A stretch of DNA of 57,769 nucleotides, filler included, from Platydemus manokwari (lineage: Eukaryota), in NCBI GenBank assembly GCA_037951405.1. It is 5 parts of 5 records of this genome, joined end to end, with 100 filler letters (N's around TTAATTAATTAA, not from the genome) between each part and the next. Parts side by side here need not be neighbours in the genome. Positions count along the whole stretch, not along the records: positions 46,999 to 57,769 come from JBBMOY011106553.1; 4 more parts are not named here. One strand, 5' to 3'. The notes beneath the pieces are model-generated. The model did not search any database. It was not told the origin of the DNA and saw only the letters and a program-made list of their open reading frames with translations. This document shows positions 52,001 to 57,769 of this stretch, piece after piece; the stretch's first letter is position 1; each line of letters opens with the position of its first letter. The position numbers and the translations under genes were made by a program.

Positions 52001-53659
52001 GACTAATCTCGAGCTAATAAATTCAATAAGAACTTGAGAAATAAAAGATGAACTCAGCCATTGTATTAATTACAATCAGTTTGAGTCGACAATAATTATT
52101 TTGTAAAATTCACCCAGAAATTTAAAGTAATGCATACTTTTCATTTTAACTTTTTTATTTTAATATTTTCATTGTTTTCGGAGCCCAATCAAGCTCGGAT
52201 ACTTTTAAAAATCATTCTTTAAATCTGTAAACCTATTTTTGTTTTAAAGCTAGTATTTCTGAAACAAGATGAGTCATCAACTTTTATGTGAATCTATCTT
52301 CCAAATCAAATCAGTACATCAAAGCAATCAGTAACTAAATCAATCGACTTGATTTTTGTGTTTTGATGCTTTTACAATCAGTGATTATAAAAAATTTGAT
52401 TTTTGTGCTTCAAAGCTTATATGAAATCTTGTCATTAACAATGTTTATTTTTGCATGAATATTTTTGTCCGTTAATATTATTGGGTTTTATGAGGTTCAT
52501 ACAATAACTGTTGAATAAGGTAATAATTAATTGAGTATTAAAACCATTCAATCTCTAATCATTTGAATTTAGTTGGTACACCTGATTCAAAAATAATTAT
52601 GTAATTATGAATAATATAGAGTTAGATTATAAAGTTACAATAGAATAAAAAACTTGATCTAAATAAATTATAGTTTGTATAGCCATTAATACAGATCAAT
52701 AATTTCAATGATGTTCAAATAAAATACAATAAAATCATAAGATACAATAATATTATTACAACAAATGATTATAATAGACGAGAGTTTTAGCAAATAACCA
52801 GATTTTAAACAATTTTAATTTATTAATTACTAGACTATTGTGAAGTTCTATTATGAAAGAATTAAACATTTTTGTTTGACCTCTTATGGTAATAGAACAG
52901 TAATAACCACTATATAATTGATTTTATTTTAAAATTTTAGTTTTGATATTTAGGTTCTAGATGAATGAGATTCCGACTAGAAATTTTATATTAAAATAAA
53001 TATAAAATGTGATTTTAAAATAATTAAAATTATTTAAGATAATACCCGTTCGCACTGAGATAATAATATACAATAGTTCTTTAATCGAAGGAGTTCTTCA
53101 AAATAATTCGTTGAAATTGATTAATGCAATTTGTCACAATTTTTCTTCGTGGATTTAAGTGACAAAATAGTTTATAGAATTTGTAGAAATGAATAAGATT
53201 GTTTGCAGTAACTATAACGTAGTAATTGGTGACTTTATTTTGTTCATATTCCTTATATACTGGTCTCAATTTCTTTGTTTTATTTTTGTTTTCATTCTAT
53301 TGTTATACAATCTTTATTTCAATGAGGATCACTGTCGTTATAATTAGTCTCTGCAAGTTTCTGTTTGAGACCTCAGATGCAATTTACCTTACGAATTCTA
53401 ATATTTTCACCTTACACTACAAGATCGTATGATGACGACAAGTGTGGCAAAGCTATTCCTATATGCCCAATATTAGGTCCAATTTTATTAACCTTAATCC
53501 TACTGTCAATGATATTCTTATTGTGAACGTTTACATCTACTTTATCAATTTATAACCAAAGCCTGAGATACAAAAACTTTATTAAATATAATTGCTATGA
53601 CAAAAATAGCGATAAAATAAAAATTACAATTTGGTTTTACCAATAATTTTATACACCAA

Positions 53660-53900
53660 ATATTGTTGCGAGAACCTTATCGAATCTTGGAGGAAGGCAC
53701 AGTTAATAAAGTCGAGCACTCGTGAAACAAACAAATTACCTTTAACGACTTTGAAGTAAAGCTCGATAAAATGAGATAAACGAAATTTATAATACCGATA
53801 ATTTGTTTACAATACCAAGCGCTTATTTAGTCCTGGTAAATATTCGGGCAGATTGAAAAGCAAATTGAACAAAGTGGTTTCTTAATGGGCATGGCCAACT
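53660..53900 (+). mobile_element. gypsy RT N-terminal relic
   Basis: REPYRILEEGTVNKVEHS* resembles ELDRLEEEGIIxKVExSEW. Confidence 0.35.
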
Positions 53901-54336
53901 TATCTTTCCCTTTATTTACATTTTTTTTATCTCTCAGTGATGTTTGAACTTTTAATGCCTTTAAAATTATCTATTTGTTGGAATTTATTTAATTCCCATA
54001 TATTTACTGTCACGTGAACTTGCTATATTGTTATTTTAAAACATTATGATTTTTTAATTACAAAAATTAATTATTATTATTATTATTTTGCTGGTGTCAT
54101 CGATAACTTATTATTATTAATTCTGTAATATTATTCATGAAATCTAATTGAATATGCTTTTTTCTTAAAAATACTATTTTGTCCAAAAATTAACTTTAAT
54201 TATTGTCATTAAGAACATTTAAAATGTTCCCTTAATAATTTATCTCTCTTAATTTAACAGTAACTTCAACTTCGCGTCAATAAAATAATAATTGTTACAA
54301 CTGTCGATTGGACTGGAAATAACACTTTGTATCACA

Positions 54337-54471
54337 ATAATTGATACATTGATAACCGATACATTAATAATTGATACATTGCTAATCGATATGTTGATAA
54401 TCGATACGTTGATAATCGATACATTAATAATTGATACATTACTAATTGATACATTGAAAATCGATACATCC
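54337..54471. repeat. Minisatellite, nine 15-bp units, consensus ATAATyGATACATTr
   Basis: Contiguous degenerate units without spacers; produces the IIDTL / INVSI repeat ORFs. Confidence 0.93.
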
Positions 54472-54619
54472 ACATGCAATTGCACATAATGGAAATAATG
54501 CTACAAAATTAATTACTGACAAAACTCGATACATTTAAAAAGTCATTATCAATACGTATCGTAATGCACAGTCAAATCATTAAATTAATAATTGATGTAA
54601 TTTTTCTTTCAGTTTTTCG

Positions 54620-55900
54620 TAGACCCCAATAATATTATCACATCACATCAGACATGACCAAGAGCACAGGCACTTAAAAGTTCGATCAATATCAATGTGA
54701 GCCTAATTGTTATTGGGAATATATTTGATTTGAGTCAGTTGAACGTTTGGAATCAGATTTGGGCTGATATTATATATTAGATTTAAAATCGGTTCGGGAT
54801 TTTGAAATCATATTGGGATCAAATATTGGATGTTTGACTGGATATTAAAGATGTTGGATTTAGTGTGTCCCCAAGTTATATAGAATCTTTACGTGCTTTA
54901 TTGAGTACAACGTAAGTATTGCAATCGATTTCTCATCAGAAAATTCATTCTCTTCATAATTAATTTCCTTTATAAGCTTTGAAACTTTATCTTCACTCTT
55001 TCATCAATCATAGCATTATTTTATTTTTAAAACGATTATCACTTATCCCATTATGACGTCATTACAATTTTTATCACACAACCTGCTGTTGTTTTAAATA
55101 TGAACTAATTTTGTTTAAATCACCGTGAATAAAATAAACGTCACAGTTTAATGTATTGCCGTTACTCATTTTTTCCAATTGGGATCATTAATTTTTGAAT
55201 ACTTGACAAGGTTTTCATTCTCATAACGTACGATTTCATGTGGTACTGTTGCTCCAGGTGCAGAACATTTGGTTCTAAACTGTACCAGTGCATGAGAATC
55301 TGTTGTGATCTCCACTTTTTCTACTGAATGGTTGCCTACTTTTTTCGTATCTCTTCTTTGTATTCTTTATTTCATTGTCTAAATGGAGTATTGTTTTACT
55401 GGTTTTTGTCTTCATTTTCCAAATTTGTTCAGAATTCATTTAAGTGACGTCATCTACACTGACATCTATGGCAGCAGATAATTTTCAAAGAATTTTTCAT
55501 TACCAGTGTCACAGGTTTCAATTCTAATGATATCGTGAAATTTGAATACGTGGAAAAAATTCTGACAGCCACACCACGTTCCGGTTTGGCTTGCGTTTGA
55601 TTTTCTTCTAGCATTATATTTTGAAACTGCTATTGGTCTTCACAATTGCTGAATGACTTTTCTCGAATTTCATCAAATTTTCAACCACATATTTTATTTC
55701 GGCAGTTTTGTTTATTTATTTAACATATTACCAAAACCAATTCGTCTTTGTTGGATTTCTTATTTCTCCCCTGATTACTATGCCGATAATTCAAAAAGGT
55801 CTTCTATTAATGGTATGTTCACTGTAAGCATGTCAACATTTAAATTTAAAAGTATTATAAATTAATATCAAAAGATAAATATTTGTTTAAATAATTGTTC
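54620..55900 (-). mobile_element. Possible decayed gypsy gag-protease relic
   Basis: RTKCSAPGAT resembles the knuckle linker CPAxGxxC; EIDCNTYVVLN loosely resembles a protease motif; heavily interrupted. Confidence 0.3.
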
Positions 55901-57769
55901 TGAAATAGATAATTGAATATCGTGACTTTTCAGTTGGTTTTCAATGCGTGCTTTACAGGCAAATATATTTATTATGAGTTTTCCGATTATTTGAAATTTA
56001 TAACTTTGGATCTATGCTTGTGTCTGTCATTGTATTTATATATGCTAACGGAGTAGCAATTGTCAAAGTTTCGAACTGATCGATGAATAAAGCTAATTGT
56101 ATTTGTTGACAAATGATAGTTGATTTTTATATCTGTTACAAATAGAGGTAAATCAATTACAACGTCTTGATGAAATATGTTCATTTGAATTAACAGTAAA
56201 ACTTATAAAACAAATCGATATTGATGTCATATGATTCTTGTTGTTACCTTAACACGAGGTCATGAGTTGGTAATATTAAAAATTACTCCTTTTCTATTTG
56301 CTTTAAATACTATTAAATCTTATTCTTCTATATTAAGCAGTAAATGGCAATTTTTTATTATGCTCTACTAATTTTGGCTCTGATTTTATACTATTTTTGC
56401 CATTTCTCGACATTTATACTTTATTTGCTACTGTAAAATCCTGAATATAACCTACATCACTTGTTAACGGTGTATTTTGGATTTTTTGATATTAACAACA
56501 ATAAAATGGTTGATATTTCTGAAATATTTTATAAATTTTTAAATTCCTATTAAAAAAGTCTAAAAATAGTGAGAAACAACCAAGATCTTTCAGTTCATCG
56601 GAGAAAAAGATAAAATTGAAATTATCGGGATACTATTTGCGAATGAGTTGTGTCTCCTGTTAAGAAATTAATGTCACAACCATTTGAATGGCTGTTTGGG
56701 AAAGACGATGATGTTCTTGAAAATGAAGTAAAACAGAATAGTCCAAGCATTGTAGACGTTCCTAAAATTGTCGAATTAGTGGCAAAAGCCAGTGTTATTG
56801 ATAATGAAACCTGTAATGGTTGTAAAGAGTGTGATGAGGAAATAAATTGACGTAATAAATAAGCTAAAATTTAATTGTTGTTATGGAGCTTTTCAATATT
56901 CCCATGACTACTATTTTAGTTATCAAGATAATTTTAATAATGTTTTGAACATTATATGTAATCATTGATAAAACGAATCTCTTAAAGTATTATTTAAGTG
57001 CATCTCATAAATTTTATTTGTCACGATTTATCTCAAGACAAATTGTATTGTGTTGCACGGAATATTTAAAAAAAACTAACAATTTAAAACTTTAATGTTG
57101 TATTTTAACTTTGTGAAATGTTAGTATTTCATAAAATATGCACTGAAAATGAATTGTAAAGTCAAAACACACAGTAGCCGTAGTTAATTGAGTTTCGTCC
57201 CAATGACTCATCTATTTTAATTGAGCATTGTTCTAGACAAAACCAGACATCAGATTTCTCGAAACAAAAAGTAGAAAGGTCATTTTACTAATAATTTTCA
57301 TCGTACAAAATTGTACGAAGTATTATCCCGCAAGGCATTAACTCGCGGGGAAATAAATAAACGACATGGTAGCACATAAATCAAAGTAGGAAATATTGGT
57401 CGAAATTTATTCCACCAAATAATTGGAGACAACGTAAATAATAATTCGAAAATATCAGGACAGAACAATAAACGACAATGAGAAATCATTGTAAAACTCG
57501 CAGACCGTCCATTATTATAAAAATTATCATAATTTATCACAATCTTCGAATGTCGAAAATAACTTTGAAATCCAAGCAGATTCTGTATGTGCATCATTCA
57601 AGTAACTCATTTGATTATTATATGGACCAAATATGTTTACCCTTTCAAGTAAATGGAATAAAATCTGATCCACGTCTCTCCCATCTTCTCTTACTGTGAG
57701 AATATCAAATTGAATTTGAATTTATATTGAATTTAGTTTGATATTAAATTTTATTTGATATTAAATTTT

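Noticed and set aside
54337-54471. CRISPR-like array
   Set aside because: Units are contiguous with no unique spacers, there are no cas genes, and the context is eukaryotic
57298-57699. ORFs near the window end
   Set aside because: No recognisable motif; probably decayed TE sequence but not classifiable

Overview
Very AT-rich eukaryotic genomic DNA, almost certainly animal (RADIL-type gene; VGAT with the familiar Q|G intron position); I cannot name the species. It is not one continuous contig: besides a plain N gap (4956-5089) there are four artificial 100-bp spacers (44 N + TTAATTAATTAA + 44 N), so adjacency across them is unproven. Recognisable spliced host genes: a RADIL/RASIP1-like RA-FHA-(DIL) gene (-) head-to-head with complete MED7 (+), complete four-exon CDC6 (+) converging on a 5'-partial vesicular GABA/glycine transporter VGAT/VIAAT (-), three internal Rab5 exons (+), an isolated CUB-domain exon and a few orphan exons. 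Many introns are only 43-69 nt. Most of the rest is decayed mobile DNA: Mos1-type mariner, pogo/Tc2, DUF4817-type Tc1/mariner, Merlin, Polinton/Maverick (tandemly duplicated), an L2-type LINE and LTR/gypsy relics. No rRNA, tRNA or CRISPR array was seen. I found no convincing complete novel system. The best leads are a recent copy of a CDC6 exon segment just beyond the VGAT 3' end, a GC-rich odd intron and relocated CDK motifs in CDC6, the duplicated Polinton PLA2-integrase cassette, and a compositionally foreign LINE fragment. All family assignments are from motif recognition by eye, not database searches.
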